Assembly: GCF_009914755.1 (NCBI RefSeq) | Contig: NC_060932.1 | Length of the DNA: 64,000 nt | Direction: 5' to 3' (one strand) | Origin: the human T2T-CHM13v2.0 reference genome, Homo sapiens | In this document: positions 16,137-30,805 of the stretch, in pieces | Layout of the letters: each line of letters starts with the position of its first letter | Position numbering within the stretch: position 1 is the stretch's first letter | Translations under genes and position numbers: made by a program | Notes under the pieces: model-generated | The model's input: only the letters and a program-made list of their open reading frames with translations | What the model was told of the DNA's origin: nothing | Databases searched by the model: none

Positions 16137-18603
16137 AGAAATCCCTTCTTAACCTCCATGGCTTGAAAACTTAAAACTTTTACATCTCTGGCTAACTCGA
16201 AGTCCACGTATAGACAGAAAGTATAAGGCATAAGCCAATGCAAGCTATGATTTTGCAGGAGAAATTGATACCTGAAGAGTTCAGGACATAAACAATTTTA
16301 TATTTTGACTCATTTGTTCATCATTTAGTAAAAATATTTTTATCTTTACATATTTTCATGTTTGATGAACAGTAAAAAAAACTGCTGGTGGACTACAGCA
16401 GAACATTCATATAACTAGTATTTTCTTAACAGAAAAATCAGACTGCCCAACAGAGACTCTTGTACTTCATCAAACACACCCAACACCTGGCTGTTTCTTT
16501 GCAGGAGCAGGGTTGATCAGACTCCGACGGGCAAGGAGTCCTCTCAAGCAGGGACTTGCCATCACCAAAGATTTGCAGCTGGACTGCACTCCCGACCAGC
16601 TTTGGAGACTATGTAGATTCTCTATTACAAACCAGAGAGGGACGTCAAACAGAGTAAACATGTGACAAGTTCCAGCAGGGACCAAGGAACATAAAGATAC
16701 AGATGGTACCACAGAACATAACACAAAACAGACCCTCAGCTCCCCTTGCTCTTGTTCTCAAGCTGCATCCAAGAGTGCTTCGCCGGACTCTTAACTCACT
16801 CACTGTTCTTTGCTCTACCGACTCCATGCAGTTAAAATGCCTAGTAATGTCCTCCCAGAGGTACAGCCCCAGACCACTGCATTTGGGGCCTGAAATTAGT
16901 CATTGCAAAGTTTTCACACTGCTTAACTGGTAAGACAAATATCTTCATGTCAGCCATGTGCTCATTCTTTTGCTCCATTTTGCACACAACTAATAAAAAC
17001 TGGAAAATGCCTTTTCTAAGGCAAAGAAAGTTATAGATGTGAATTTCATTCTTTTATATAAACGTAGTCAGAGTCAACATGAAGAGTTAAAGCTTTGATA
17101 GTGTGTGGCTATCTAGATAGTGTGATGACTACTCTTATTACCCCTTAAATAAAAAGTACTTGCTAATTTGATTTTAGATGATGAAATTATATAAATAGAG
17201 AAATTACATTTATAACAACAATTGAACCTTGTCTAGCATTTTGTCTTAATAGTAGCACAAAAATAATTCTCTGCTTCTTTCCACACACAGGTCATCATCT
17301 CTGCCTCTTCTTTAGAGATTTCTCTATTCCAGCCCCCTCTACTCACTTTCCTAATAATTGCTGTTATAAATGCCAGTGCCAATCTCCAATTTTGATGTAT
17401 TCATATCCTCGGGAAGCTGCTAAGTGCTCAAGGCTTCAAAGTACTGTTCTTACTTGAAACTCATGTTATCTTTTTATCTATCACCTTGAATGTCCACACA
17501 TCAGATTCACTATCTTTCTCCCCATAATGTCTCCATCAGCCTTTATGGTGCCACTTATGCTCTTAGCTAATTGTACTCACATCCTTAGAACGTTAACTCC
17601 CTTGTATACAGCTGGTTGTTGTATACAAGATGGGTTTTCCTTTACAAATTTCAAGGGTGCAGTTCTTTATTGCCTAGATGCATTTATTCATGTCCTTTAT
17701 GATCTCATCCCCAACTTCTGCTGCTTGCAATCTACCTTGAGCACTGTAGCTAAAATCACTCTCCTCACATGTTGTTTTGCTCCTGTTAATAACTTCCTCG
17801 GCACTCTGAAACGGTTTCCACTTGTGTGTTGCATAATACCCTGGTTAGTGCTTTTCAGATCCTTTAATAGTCAGGCACCCCTTATCTAATTGTCCTCTTC
17901 TCTTGCCATGACTCAGCTGTACTCGACGGCACTGCAACGCAAAATCCAGGTGGGTTTGTTGTAAGACTTTTCAAAAGAGGATGAAGCTACAGGGTACAAA
18001 TCTGACAGTAGGGCTGTAGCTAATATCTCCACCACTTTCCTAACTTTCCTACAACAGCATTCATTTTCAGAAATATGAGTAGTCATACCACTGCTGTTCT
18101 CCACAAATTTATTACCTTTCTGGATGTTTTTCCTGGTGGTAGAATGAAGGCACGAGAGACCTGTGTGCATATGAAAGATCCTTGTTTTCAGGTTCTACTA
18201 CTGGCAATGGGAGCCATTACGGAACATCAACCCAGAATATCAGGAGAAGATTAAACAGGCTATGAAGCTAAAATTAAGACCTATTACAAAAAGCCACGAA
18301 GACGACACTGCCCACAAATAATGAACACTGGTGACCTTTACTGCCTTTGAGGGGGTTTTTTTCTCCTCGGGCTGTACATCATTAGATGGGGTCTTCTCCC
18401 ACCTGGTAAAATTTCGATCCACTGTGAACAAATCTTCCCTTAGCTTCCCTTTAAAATGTTGCCGAAGGACCAACTTCTTTACAAAGTCATTCCAGAGCAA
18501 CTCTTCCTGGCACCAGACACACTAATCATACCGGGACCTTCTTTATTCACCTCGTCTTTCTAATATTTCTCCCTTTTTCTCATTATTCAGTATTTCTTTA
18601 GGG

Positions 18604-18975
18604 TGTTAAGTGTAGCCTAAAGCTGCCTCCTTACATATTTTACATTCAGCCTAAAGGTTTCTCTGCACACCACGAACTATAACCTAAATGGAGTTGTATA
18701 CAGATTGTAGCTTACTCTTGTGTCAATCACTGAGTTTTGGGCCAATCAAAGGGGGTCAACGATTCGAGCCGTGTTCAAATAAGGCAAATGACGAGCTGTA
18801 GCCAATCAGCTGTTTCTGTACCTCACTTTCCTTCTTCTGTCTATAACCCTTCTTCAACTACACAGCTGCACTGGAATCTCTGTACCCACTCTGGCTCGGG
18901 TGGCTGCCTGATGTGCGAATTGTTCTTTGCTCAATTAAACTCTGTTAAATTTGGCTAAAGTTTTTCTTTTAACCA
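18604..18975 (+). mobile_element. MER57-family solo LTR (ERV1)
   Basis: tgttaag...agcctaaagctgcctccttacatatttta...gtgttcaaataaggcaaa...caattaaactctgttaaattt...ttttcttttaac matches recalled MER57A/B; CCAAT boxes and ATTAAA present. Confidence 0.88.
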
Positions 18976-20659
18976 CAGCCACATATGCATATTTACATAG
19001 ACACTGTTTATGGGGAGCGGGGTGCCTGTCTGAGGCTTGTTTTGTTTTTTCCCTTTGTTGGTGTATGCCTTCTATTTCCCTTGAAGTAACTTTAACATGT
19101 TGTCATTGGGTGCTGAATACAGTGGCACATCTGTAACTGTTACAAATATAGCAACTGTAATTTAAAGAAAACTTTTAAACAATAAAGTTTTGTAGCTGAA
19201 CTTTTAACACCACAAAAGTGATTCATTACTAAAAAGTTTAAAGAAAAAAAGAAAAGAAAACCTTCAATATGTTCTTCTCGCCCTCGTTTTCACTTACGGA
19301 ATTAAACAGTAGTGACTACTTACTCTAGAATCACATTTTCATAGTTCCAACAATGGGCTGAAAGTTACTCTGATCTAGCGAAGAGTTAGAATAATTTTTC
19401 AAAATGCTTTTACTGTCAAATTCACACAGTACCATGAAAAACAACAAAAACAAAATATCACTAGGCTATAGGCCAAGTAAAAGTCTTTGGAACTGCTTTA
19501 TAAACAAGTCAATCCACTCCTTTGTTAATTCCTAGAAGACTAGCCATTTTGACGTTTATATAAACTATGAAACCTTCATGGAATGTGGCAGAGCACTAAT
19601 AAACAAATACGGGACTGACTGAATTGCTTCGTGTTATTTTTTTAACTACCTCCCATGTACATGCATTTTCTCTAATTGACTCTAAGCTTGTGTGTGCGTT
19701 GTGGGGGGCGGAGGGGGTCAGGCCCACGCTTTTTCCTCCATTCACATCTAGCACAGTACTAAGTGTGTAAGTATTGATAATACTTCTGATATAAACAAGA
19801 ATAACTGGTAAGTGAGTTGTGTGCGTGGAATGTTTACTGCTACTTCAAAATGGTTTTAATTTTGGTTAGAGGGTCCTAACTATAATCTTGTTCCGAAGTA
19901 TACAGGATGACATTTTCCCTTTTATACCATCTTCTGATTGAGGAAAAATCTGGAGTTGGAAAAGTAAAATGTCAATGTTGTCTCACTACATTTACTAACT
20001 GAATAATTTCTATAAGAAGCATTGGTATTGTTATGTGAAGTCAGGTTCAAAAACAGGCGAAAGGAGAGGAATTCACAAAAGAGTAGAGATCCAAACTCAG
20101 GTTTTCTGTGACAATCTGGTCAAGTTTTCCACTTCCTCACCCGTTTCATTGATAAGAAAGAGAGACCCAGAAAGATTACTTGTTTCATATGTACTTGTTT
20201 CATATGAATGATGGAGCCTTACTGGCCCCCCGCCCCATTTCCCCAACCAGCCGTATACCGGGAATGAATCACTACATTTTCTAATTGAATAATTTATCAC
20301 CCATATACTGGGAATGAATGAACCTTTTTCATTAACCTTAATAGGGGTATTAGAGTATCATCCACACAACATCTCAGACTTGCCTCTGTTCCTAACCCAC
20401 TACTTGCAGTCCATCAAGTCCTGCTAATTTTATCCCTTTTGTCTCTGCCACCCTGCCCTCAACCAGGGTCTTTTATCACCTCCTCCACAGACCAGGCCTC
20501 CGGTCCTGGCCCCACTTAAATTCTTTCTCCATGAAGCAGGCAGACCATCCATTCAAAGGCAGATGGCTCCCTTCTCAAATGCCTTTGAAGACTCCCCAAA
20601 GCCAAAAGCAGAAAATGCAGCTCCCAAACCTTGGGAATTTTGTTTCTTATCATATCCTC

Positions 20660-20845
20660 CCGATGCACTTTCCAAATTTTAGTGTGCCCAAGAATAACCT
20701 GAGAAGTCTGTAACAAATGCAAGTTTCTGGACCTTATGCAAAGAAACATTAATTCAGTACTGGGTGGAGGACTAGAGAATTTTAAGCACCCCTTGTGATC
20801 TGCTGCAGTGGGCGGACAGATCGCTCCTGGAGAAAGCGTTCTTCC
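20660..20845. mobile_element. MER5-family (hAT-Charlie) fragment
   Basis: ttccaaattttagtgtgcccaagaataacctgag...aatgcaagtttctggacc...attcagta. Confidence 0.6.
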
Positions 20846-21511
20846 ACTATCCAACTGCTTGCAGGAACTCACACTGTACACTTTCATTCCACTCCACCTT
20901 TGCTCAGGATCTTCCTCCAATATGCAACACTGGCCACTGTTTGCTCCCTAACTTCCACTCATTCTTCACCTGCACAGGCTCAGCCTCATCCCTGTAAGCC
21001 CCATATGCCCTCAGTGTTCTTCCCTCTTTTGCACTGTCATGGTTTTTTTCTTAGAATTTACCATGTTATACTGACCTTATCTTTTTATGATTGTTTGGCT
21101 CACAAGATTTGTGGCTGTTGAATGAACAATGTCTGTTAAATGAAACAGTGGCCAAATGAAGTCTATGACTAAATAATACTGTTCCCAGACAGATCTTCTT
21201 TTATGAGCCTAAGCAGGGTACATGGGTTCAAAAAAAATTCCTATCCCAATTCTCAAAACCCAGTGGAGGGGAAGGGCTTGGGGCTCTGACGCTGCCGTGT
21301 GCTTGCCATGTGAATTTCCTATGCCTCAGTTTCCTACCAACTCACAGGGTTGCCATGGGGATGAGAGGAGATGACAGATGTCAAATTCACACAGCAGGTA
21401 ACCACTCAAGACCTGTTGGGTCTTTTTGTGTGTAGCCAAAAGGTATCACCCAAATTACTGACCTCAGACCACAAGAAGAGAACAATGTGCACCAGTGCAT
21501 AACACACTTAG

Positions 21512-21577
21512 GGGAAACCTAGCAGCATCTACATTGTTTCCTTAGGGAAACCTAGCAGCATCTACATTGTTTCCTTA
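21512..21577. repeat. Perfect 33-bp tandem duplication
   Basis: gggaaacctagcagcatctacattgtttcctta twice. Confidence 0.97.
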
Positions 21578-22559
21578 TCTGGAAACACTGCCAAAACATT
21601 CATTTACTGCAAATTGCTAACTTTAATGTTTCTGTACACAAATACTGCTAATAAGATCCTGCTACCACCCAAAATTGTATCTTATGGACTCTAGGTAGAA
21701 ATAATTTTTTAAACTTTTTAAAGAAACCACTAGTAATTTTCCCTTTTGCATTATAAAATTTGTACATATATTTTCTATGCTCTATTGATAGCATTCCTGT
21801 TATCAGGTGTAAAATTACTTATTGGAAGAGACATTTTATTTCTTAATGCAGTCCATGCCTGCTATGGACCTTGAGTGTAATCGCTAAGGACTGACAGGGC
21901 TTAGGCAAGGAGGGGGACATGGGAGAAGGCATTCAGGCAAGGAGTGTTGCTGGTGCAAAGAGCTCCAGGAAAGTGCCTGTGACAAGCTCACCCAGGATGG
22001 GTCATAGGTGCCTCTCAGTGGGTCCCTCCAACCTGCAGCCTCATAGCACCTGCCAGTTGCACAAAGGTACTGTGAACCTGGTAGGGTATTTGCTTTTAAT
22101 GACAGGTTTTGTTTCTTATTCATCTCTGTATTCCCAGGGCCTAGTGCCATATTTGGACAGAGCTGGCACTAAATAAATGTTTGCCAAATGATGTTTCTTT
22201 AGCATAATAATTTGTGAGAGTGATATTTTGTTCCAGTAGGTTGCCAAGAAAAGAAAAAAAAAAAAAACAGTCCAACAGAGCTTGCTCACTGGGTAGGTCC
22301 CTTGAGCACAAACCTTAGAAAGCATAACTTCACAAATTCAAGAATAGAAATTCAGATACCTGAATTGCATTGTCATAAGGCAACAAATTCCTAGTCACTT
22401 AATGTGAGAACTGCTTTACTTGTACTTCTTAAAAAGAGCTGTGTCTAGTATTACATACAAGGATTTCCTCTTTCTCTGCATGTCCCGTAAGTCTTTCCCA
22501 GGGTTTGGCTCCAAGCTCTGCAAGCACAGCTCAAATCTCTGAGTTCCAAATACATCTTC

Positions 22560-23300
<741 letters not shown>

Positions 23301-25896
23301 CTGTCCTTTGCACCCACCTCTATCTTCTGGAAAACACCCACACATCCTTTGGTTCTCACTCTGGATGCAGCCTGCAGACACCTGCCTCCAGCCCCAGGCT
23401 ATGATCAACCCCTTCCTATGCGTTACCTAAGCAAGGTGCTGATAATCCAATGGGTAATAACTGCTTTTTCATCTGTCCTAACCAGACTCCATGATGAAAA
23501 GGATTAGGTCTTAATCATAATTTTACATTTCCATTGTATGTAATGGATTAATGTAACTAAGAATGATTAAAGTTGGTATTTCATTAAGAACTGAAGCTTA
23601 TAAAATGGGCCTGGGCTACCATCACCCCTTCCAGGGCATTTGAGTCTTTACAAAGTAATCTATTAGTCCACAGTTCAACTGATTTTCAAATCATTTGGCT
23701 GAGCAGGAAGCGGGATGGGGAACAAGTGTCTGGGGCTGGTGGGTGAAATGAGGGGGCAGTAAGCCCCATCATCTGAGGCTCTTCCATTCTTACCCTTGAA
23801 CTCTAAATTGCTGGCTTCCATGGGTTATCTCAACATGTCAAAACATGTTCCCTACATGTATCTCAAATGCTTCCCTAATGGATGGAAGGTTTGAAATCTT
23901 GAAATAATAATTCAAAAAAGCTCCCACACCAATTTAAAAAATGGCATTGATAGGGATTTCTAGACCAAGCAACTGAGATCAAAATTCTATTGATTCAATA
24001 TAGTAAAAGTCACCAAAATTTTTACCATATTTAAGTTTAAAAATTAACAAAAAATAATAAAATTGTTTGTTAATTTCTGACACTCTATTGCATTAAAAGT
24101 GATAGAAAGTGAATTAATGTATTTTACTTGGCTTAAATAACTTTCTTTTGGCCCACATGGAAGTCCTAAGAAGATTGACTTCAAAGAGTTGTACTATTTG
24201 GGAGCCAATCTTGATTCCTTACATATTAATTAAATTTTTGAGAAAGCAGCTTATTTTGAATTTAGCATATTATACAAACAAATGTGAAACAGCAACTAAA
24301 ACAGAAAGGTGAAATTATTAAAAGCTGATTTGACTTTATTCTCAAGAGACTGTTGTACTAAAGCTGAATGACTTACATAAATACCTTTGGCATTTGTTGG
24401 ATCCTGCTCCTAAACACAATGTTCATATTTCATCTATAATAAGAAAAGCATCTCAAAGATTTGCAAGGCACTAGTCTTGCAAGCGTCCAGTTTGGTGTCT
24501 TGAGTAAAGTGAGATTGGCAGAGTCAGCTTAATCCATAATGGAAAGTTGTGAGCAGGGTGCTTCGGCTGCCTGGCAGCTGCTGCTTGGAGAAGCCTACCA
24601 GCTATGGCAGCATGCAGGCAGAACTCTGCCACTTGCTTAAAAACAGAGTTTCTCCAGGTCAAAGCTGAAACTCATACAAAGCATACAGGATAAAATATGA
24701 ATGCAATCCCATTTTGGGGGCTTTCCAGAAAACATAGGAGTAGGGTGGTTTTCATTACAAATGATGCATTAGAAACTGCTACTTTAATTCTTCATATGTG
24801 TACTATTGAGAAAGGGTCATATTTCAGGGCTAAATGAGCTGGAATCTGTTGAAGTTTGTACTATTTAAGCAAGCTCAGGCTTCTACAGTTAAAACAGGGT
24901 CAACATGTGTCCCCACAACCTGGCTTATCATCATCCTGGAATTTCAGTTTTCCCTTCCAGTCTTCAGTGCCAGCTTTTACTAAGTAGATCTCTGCAGAAC
25001 TGAATGTTGTCTCATATCCCATTCATACCCTATACAGTCTCTTCTCCTTGCCCTCCCTGTTTAATCAAAATGGAAGTCCATGCCTACACAATTCAAGTTT
25101 TTAAAACCATGTTTTTTAATGGCTTGAAAGTCTGGAGAACTGTGTGACCTTCCCATTTATTATGGCCTAAGACTAATTTTCATTATATTTGTATTCTCTT
25201 GAACCTACTTGTTAGTCACGAAAACACATGTCCATCTCAATGCCTCCGAGTGTCTGAATGGGCCCGGACTTGGGAGGGCTGGAGAAAGAGTTTTTTTTGT
25301 TTTGTTTTGTTTTGTTTTAAAGAAAGATCTTTAGAAACGAGATATCCTAAGGAGGTTTTACAAGGCTGTCATAACACAAAGTGTTCCCATGTTATGCGTA
25401 ATGACCCGTTGCGTGGTGAGTGATATGACATCAGAGCTGAAGGCCAGGAGCTGGCCAGAGGAGTTTCTCTGTGCTACCAAGTCACACCTATCAGTGCTAT
25501 TACATCCAAGCCTAACCCCTTGCTTGGAGGTAGGGGCAGGACAGAGCTGGCACCTAGGTCATCTTTCCAGTTTCAGCTGTTCCCTCAGTGCATGCACACA
25601 GAGAGAATTCTCAATGATTGCTCCTGGGCCCCTTGATATGGACAATCATGTCTTTCTTTAAAGAGCCCAGAAAAAATGTGACGAAGTTAGACTAGGCACC
25701 CCCCCTTTCTCCCATGGGAAATGGACATTCTTTGATAAAGAAGAGAAACATATTTGAAAACTATATATTCTTCTAGGAGCAAATTCCAGAAGTTTGGTTG
25801 AAACACCCAGACTCTGAAGTTCAGAGGATAACAATATAAAGTATAAAGTACAACAAAAGGATAACGTATAAAAGGATGATGGTGATCTACACTAAC

Positions 25897-26188
25897 TTTT
25901 TTTTTTTTTCTTGGAGACCTCGCTCTGTCGCTTAGGCTGGAGTGCAATGGCATGATCTCTGCTCACTGCAACCTCTGCCTCCCAGGTTCAAGCGATTCCT
26001 GCCTCAGCCTCCCGAGTAGCTGGGATTACAGGTGCCCGCCACGATGCCTGGCTAATTTTTGTAATTTTAGTAGAGATGGGGTTTCACCATGTTGGCCAGG
26101 CTGGTCTCGAACTCCTGACCTCAAGGGATCCGCCCGCCTCGGCCTCCCAAAGTGCTGGGATTAGGGATGTGAGCCACCACGCCCGGCC
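25897..26188 (-). mobile_element. Full-length AluS (Sx/Sz-like)
   Basis: Dimeric Alu; TSD tacactaac at 25888-25896 and 26189-26197. Confidence 0.96.
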
Positions 26189-27809
26189 TACACTAACATA
26201 CTTAATATAAAGGTAAGACCTTTATTATCCTACGTTATCTTCAGAATAGTACCTGGGGCATAACTTGATATTTCCTTGCTCACTTTTCAGTCTTAAAAAA
26301 ATAAAATTGCCTGCTAACTTCACACAGATCTGGTGCTGGAAATGGGCTGTTTTGATACATGCTCACATCTGCACACAGGTGGTAAAGCTCTGTAGATTTA
26401 ACTCTCTTCCTTTGGTTATCCCCATTCCTGCTTCCCAATCCTTCCTTCCCTTCCTGTTTCCTTCCTCACTTCATCTTTACCTACATCCCAGTTTGTCTTC
26501 TTGGTCTTCTATCAACTTTCACTTGTGAAAATGGTACTTCTAGGATTGCAACATTTTCCTAAATAACAACTGCTATGTGTGGTTTATAGTTTACAAAGAC
26601 CCGTGATACCCACTCTCCCATTCAATTCTCAAAACAACCCTGCTATGAAGGGTAAGGTAATAATTGCTCCCTGTTCACCATAACTTTTCTGAACCTCAGA
26701 GTCTGGGTATTTCAACCAAGCGTCTGGAATTTGCCCTAGAAGCACTGGTTACAACAGTTGCAAAGAGTGACAGGCAGCCAAGGTGCAGATATAGAAGAAT
26801 ACAGGTAGCAGAACTAAAGAAAATAACTAATGCTTTCCTTAGCAATAAATGCCCACATTTTAGGTGATTTTGTCCTAAAATTTCTTTAACTATTTAACAA
26901 TCTATTCATTAAAATGACTCAGAAGGCATCAGAAGGATTTCCCCTTCCCGTTAAAATCACTTGTGCTAATTACTGAAAATTAACCAGAGCACCAGAAGAA
27001 AAAAAAATCTGTAGAAAAGGTGATCTAAACTTTGTTTAAAAATATAATACAACCACTATCATTACAGTACAGACATAACGATAGCTTATAAACAGCTTTG
27101 ACTTGCAAAAGATCCCCTTGTTGAGAATAATTTAAGAATTTCAAAGTCCTGGCCCTTTATAATAACTTAGCAGAGAATAGGCTTTTTTTTCTGATATTGG
27201 TAATAGTCAGTTTAATTTGGATCCATAATGTGCATTGACTCATAGTTGACTTTGGGTTTTAATTACTTATGAGTAAAATGTGAATCAAGTCAAGTGATCT
27301 TGTGAATAACTGTTCTATCCCAGCCAACTTTATGTGTTAAATTAAATGATATTCTTTGAGTCTAAGTAAAATGACCTCCAAACAAGAAAAACTTTCCAAA
27401 AAAATTAATAATAAGCTCCCACATTCTGGTATCTCACATGTTTTGGTGCTGTCAAATACAAAAGCTAAGCCAATGTTATCACAGTTAGGATAAGCTGACT
27501 TCCTGGAGTTTCCACATCTGGAAGGGAATCTCTTACATGTATCACTGACCAGCTCAATACTTATGAAGAATGGAAATAACAGTTTGGCTCAACCTGATGC
27601 TCTTGTTCCCTGGTTATGTCCTGTAACAATGTTGACCTAATTAAGGAAAAAGTTACCCGTAGCACACACTTTGACATTTTCTGCACTCCTTGACTATTGT
27701 TAGATTATAGCATGAATTATGAGAGCTAAGTTTCCATCTTTAAAATGTGGTTTTGCCCAGCAAAACAAAATTAGGAGCACTGGCAGTGGTAATTCCCTAA
27801 GTTGTGAGA

Positions 27810-28080
27810 ATTTAATTAATTCATTCACCAAATATTTACTAGAGCACTTACTAATGTGCCTTGATCTAAGCTCACTGCTGGGTGTACAAAAGTGAGCAAA
27901 GCTGACTTCAGAGTCAGCCCATCCTTCCCAATCTAGTTGGGGTGAGGGATATTCAACAAATATTGTGAAATTAAATATCAATTTAGACTAATGGGGAGAT
28001 TTTAGACTAGAAGTGGGCTAAGAGAAGCGGGGTTGAGGAAAACTTCCACTATGAAGGAACCTAGGCTTAAAGCAGAGTGA
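27810..28080 (-). mobile_element. L2 3' end fragment
   Basis: ttcattcaccaaatatttactagagcacttactaatgtgcc. Confidence 0.65.
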
Positions 28081-29086
28081 GGACCCAGCAGCCTGAGGAG
28101 CCAGCCAGAGGGAGCAGGGACAGGGGCTGAGAGCTTCTTTCCAACAGAAAGCAAGCTGGCATGGTTGAACCACTCTGAGTATGGGGGAGGAGGGGAGATC
28201 TGCATGAAAATGCAATATATCCTTTTTTATACAAAAGTATGAGGAATGGTTTTTTAAAATCCTACAGGAAAAGTATGTATCGTTTTTATATTTAAGTCCA
28301 AAATTGGCAAACATGGCATCCAACCTTAGTTCCGAGCTGAACAGGGTGCAGAAGAGACTCCCTCCTAAGATTACATGTCTAGGTGCCCTGATCATCACCT
28401 GAAGTGCCAGTAATGGTCAGGGAGAGGTTGGCAAAAGGAGCAGCATAGTCCCATGCGACTGGCCACCTATCCCCATCACTGACACTTCCTGGTAGTACGG
28501 GGAGCCTGCCCAGCTGTGTACCAATGAGCTTCACTAGCTTAAGTGAGGCTGGTCAGTTAGCCAGAGTCTACAAAATGGAAGTTACCTACTAACTTGCTAA
28601 CCTCCTCACTTTATAGTATTTCTTCTTATCTGCCTGATATAACAAAGTCAATACAAGCAAAGGCTTGTGGTTCTCAGTCGCGTGAGGCCAGCTCTCTCCC
28701 ACCCCTCCTACATCTTCTATCTTCTTGCAAGATAATTATTTCTTCTAATATTCAGATCACACCAAGCTCTGCTTCTGTCCACACCTCTTCCTAAGTGATC
28801 TGTTCATTTCCACAGAAGTGGGGCTTTCTAAGGGTCACTTCTTATTTGCTTTCTCAACCAAATGCCTTAAGATTCTTTCTTTAAATATTTTTCTCAAGGA
28901 GTAGTGACATCTTTGAACACCTCATTTAAGGAATTATTGGAGACAAGAGTCGATGGAGTAAAAATTGACGAAATGAGAAATATAGTTAAAATGACAGGAA
29001 CAGCTGAAGGAATTAAGGAGGCAAAAGCTAAGGGAATGAAAACTGAATGCCTAAGAAATAGAATGCAAACAACAGGAATGGTGGGA

Positions 29087-29198
29087 TGATCTTGGGCAGA
29101 GCCTCAGTCCCTGCCACTGAATGTGGGGGGCTTGGACCAGATATTCTCTCTTGCCCATTCCAGATCTGAAATTGGGGACTTTCTGTCTCCTCTACCAA
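29087..29198 (+). repeat. Copy 1 of a 112-bp dispersed duplication
   Basis: Ungapped match to 30207-30318, 13 mismatches by manual count. Confidence 0.93.
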
Positions 29199-30206
29199 AA
29201 CAGATTCTGCTTATTATATTTTCTAGAAAGTAAATTCAGCATATTGGGGGATCCAATTCTAAGTTATAAGGCTCTAGTTATAGTTTAGGGCTCTAAAACA
29301 GCACTCCAGTGACTCAAAAGGTTCTGGTTGGCCAAGTTACCATCAAGGGTACACACTGACAAAGGAAAGACCATGGAGCCTGGGCTTAGGTACTGGCTCC
29401 ACTCTCCTCAGTTCTAGTAGCTATGTCTCAGAGTAGCATCTTCATCTAAGAGCAGAGCAGTTGGGATCCAGAACTAGAGGTGGTATGTCAGCTACTAGCA
29501 TGGAGCAGTCTCAGTAGCTTCTAGGTACACTCATTTCTTGAGATATTTAGAGTTGCTCTTCCACCTTTTGAACATTTCTTAAAAAAAAAAAAAAAAGGTT
29601 GAGACCCTTTCTCAATCCCAGATGGTGATTTGTACCCTCAGGACCAAGACAAAAGGGAAATAAAATTTTGTAAATCTTATAAACACAGTACCTTTTGGAG
29701 CAGAGCAGAGGCCTAAAAATAAGTTCCAGGAGTCAGCAAATTATAAGTATCCCTTATGGTCTTGACGCTAAGTGTTAACCTGCTAGAATCTATTAACTCT
29801 ATATCTACGATGTGATATCTACTATCTACTGTTATGTCATCCCCATAGTCCTTGATCTGTCGGAATTATACAGGGGCCCATAATAAGCCTTCTGAAACAA
29901 GCCTCCTGTATGTGTTTACTGGGGAGCAACACAACTCCCTCTTCAGAGAAGCAAAGCAAAGGTCCACAGATCCACCATACTTTCATGAATCTTTGGGCCA
30001 AAGACAGTTTGTTCTGTGTCTCCTGGAGACATTATTGGAGAATATAATTGTTTTCCCTTAGAGCCAACTTGAACCTTTGCTTCAAGATAAAATAGGATGA
30101 TGGTACAAGGGTGCGTCCATTTCCCAGGGACTTAAATAACAAATAAAAGTCTCTAAAGCATAAGAAATAACACAAATGGAATGAAAACATTACAGGGACA
30201 GTGTTG

Positions 30207-30318
30207 TGATCTTGGGTAGAGCCTCAGTCCCTGCCTCTGAATGTGAGGGGCTTGGACGAGATGCGCTCTCTTGGCCTTTCCAGATCTGAAATTGGGGGCC
30301 TTCAGTCTTCTCTACCAA
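30207..30318 (+). repeat. Copy 2 of a 112-bp dispersed duplication
   Basis: Ungapped match to 29087-29198. Confidence 0.93.
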
Positions 30319-30425
30319 GCCATCCTTCCACCTCAGTCTCCTGAGTAGCTGGGACTACAGGCGTATGCCACCACACCCGGCTAATTTTCTCATTTTTTGT
30401 AGAGACAGGGTCTCACTATGTTGCT
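30316..30425 (-). mobile_element. Internal AluJ-like fragment lacking both ends
   Basis: caagccatccttccacctcagtctcctgagtagctgggactacagg...tgtagagacagggtctcactatgttgc. Confidence 0.88.
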
Positions 30426-30805
30426 GAGAATAGTGATTTACACTACCTGGGTGGACAAACTGAATAGTTGATAACTATTCATTGATCATCTCCTTTTGTT
30501 GCTAATGATGAACTAGTGACTTCAACAGCAGCAGCTACCAAGAGACTTAGTTTCTAGTTTTTCTTCTGTCTGCACTGGGCTAGGTGGGAAGAGTGTCATC
30601 TTATGTTCTTAAATTTTCAGTAGTTTTACAAACAAAAACATTGATAACAGCAACCATAGAGGGGTCAGATAGATGTTCTGTACAGATATTGTGTAGATAT
30701 TCTGGCATTAGAAAGAGCCATGGTTAATGACAATAATGTAGCTAAAAGTCCTATCTCCCAGGCAGCAAATCTTAAAAGAATCTTTTCTTATTTTTAAGGC
30801 TTTTT

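Noticed and set aside
18181-18321. Plus-strand acceptor-like ttgttttcag followed by a short open frame (FYYWQWEPLRNINPEYQEKIKQAMK...)
   Set aside because: About 42 codons with no recognisable homologue or partner exon
21507-21590. CRISPR-like repeat with internal palindrome
   Set aside because: Only two adjacent copies, no spacers, no cas genes, mammalian DNA
24480-24670. Possible intronic muscle enhancer (CAGCTG in a GC-richer patch)
   Set aside because: A single E-box; cannot be supported without conservation or chromatin data
29713-29722. MEF2-like CTAAAAATAA (also near 3425 and 33150)
   Set aside because: Frequent by chance in AT-rich DNA; no clustering or conservation evidence available
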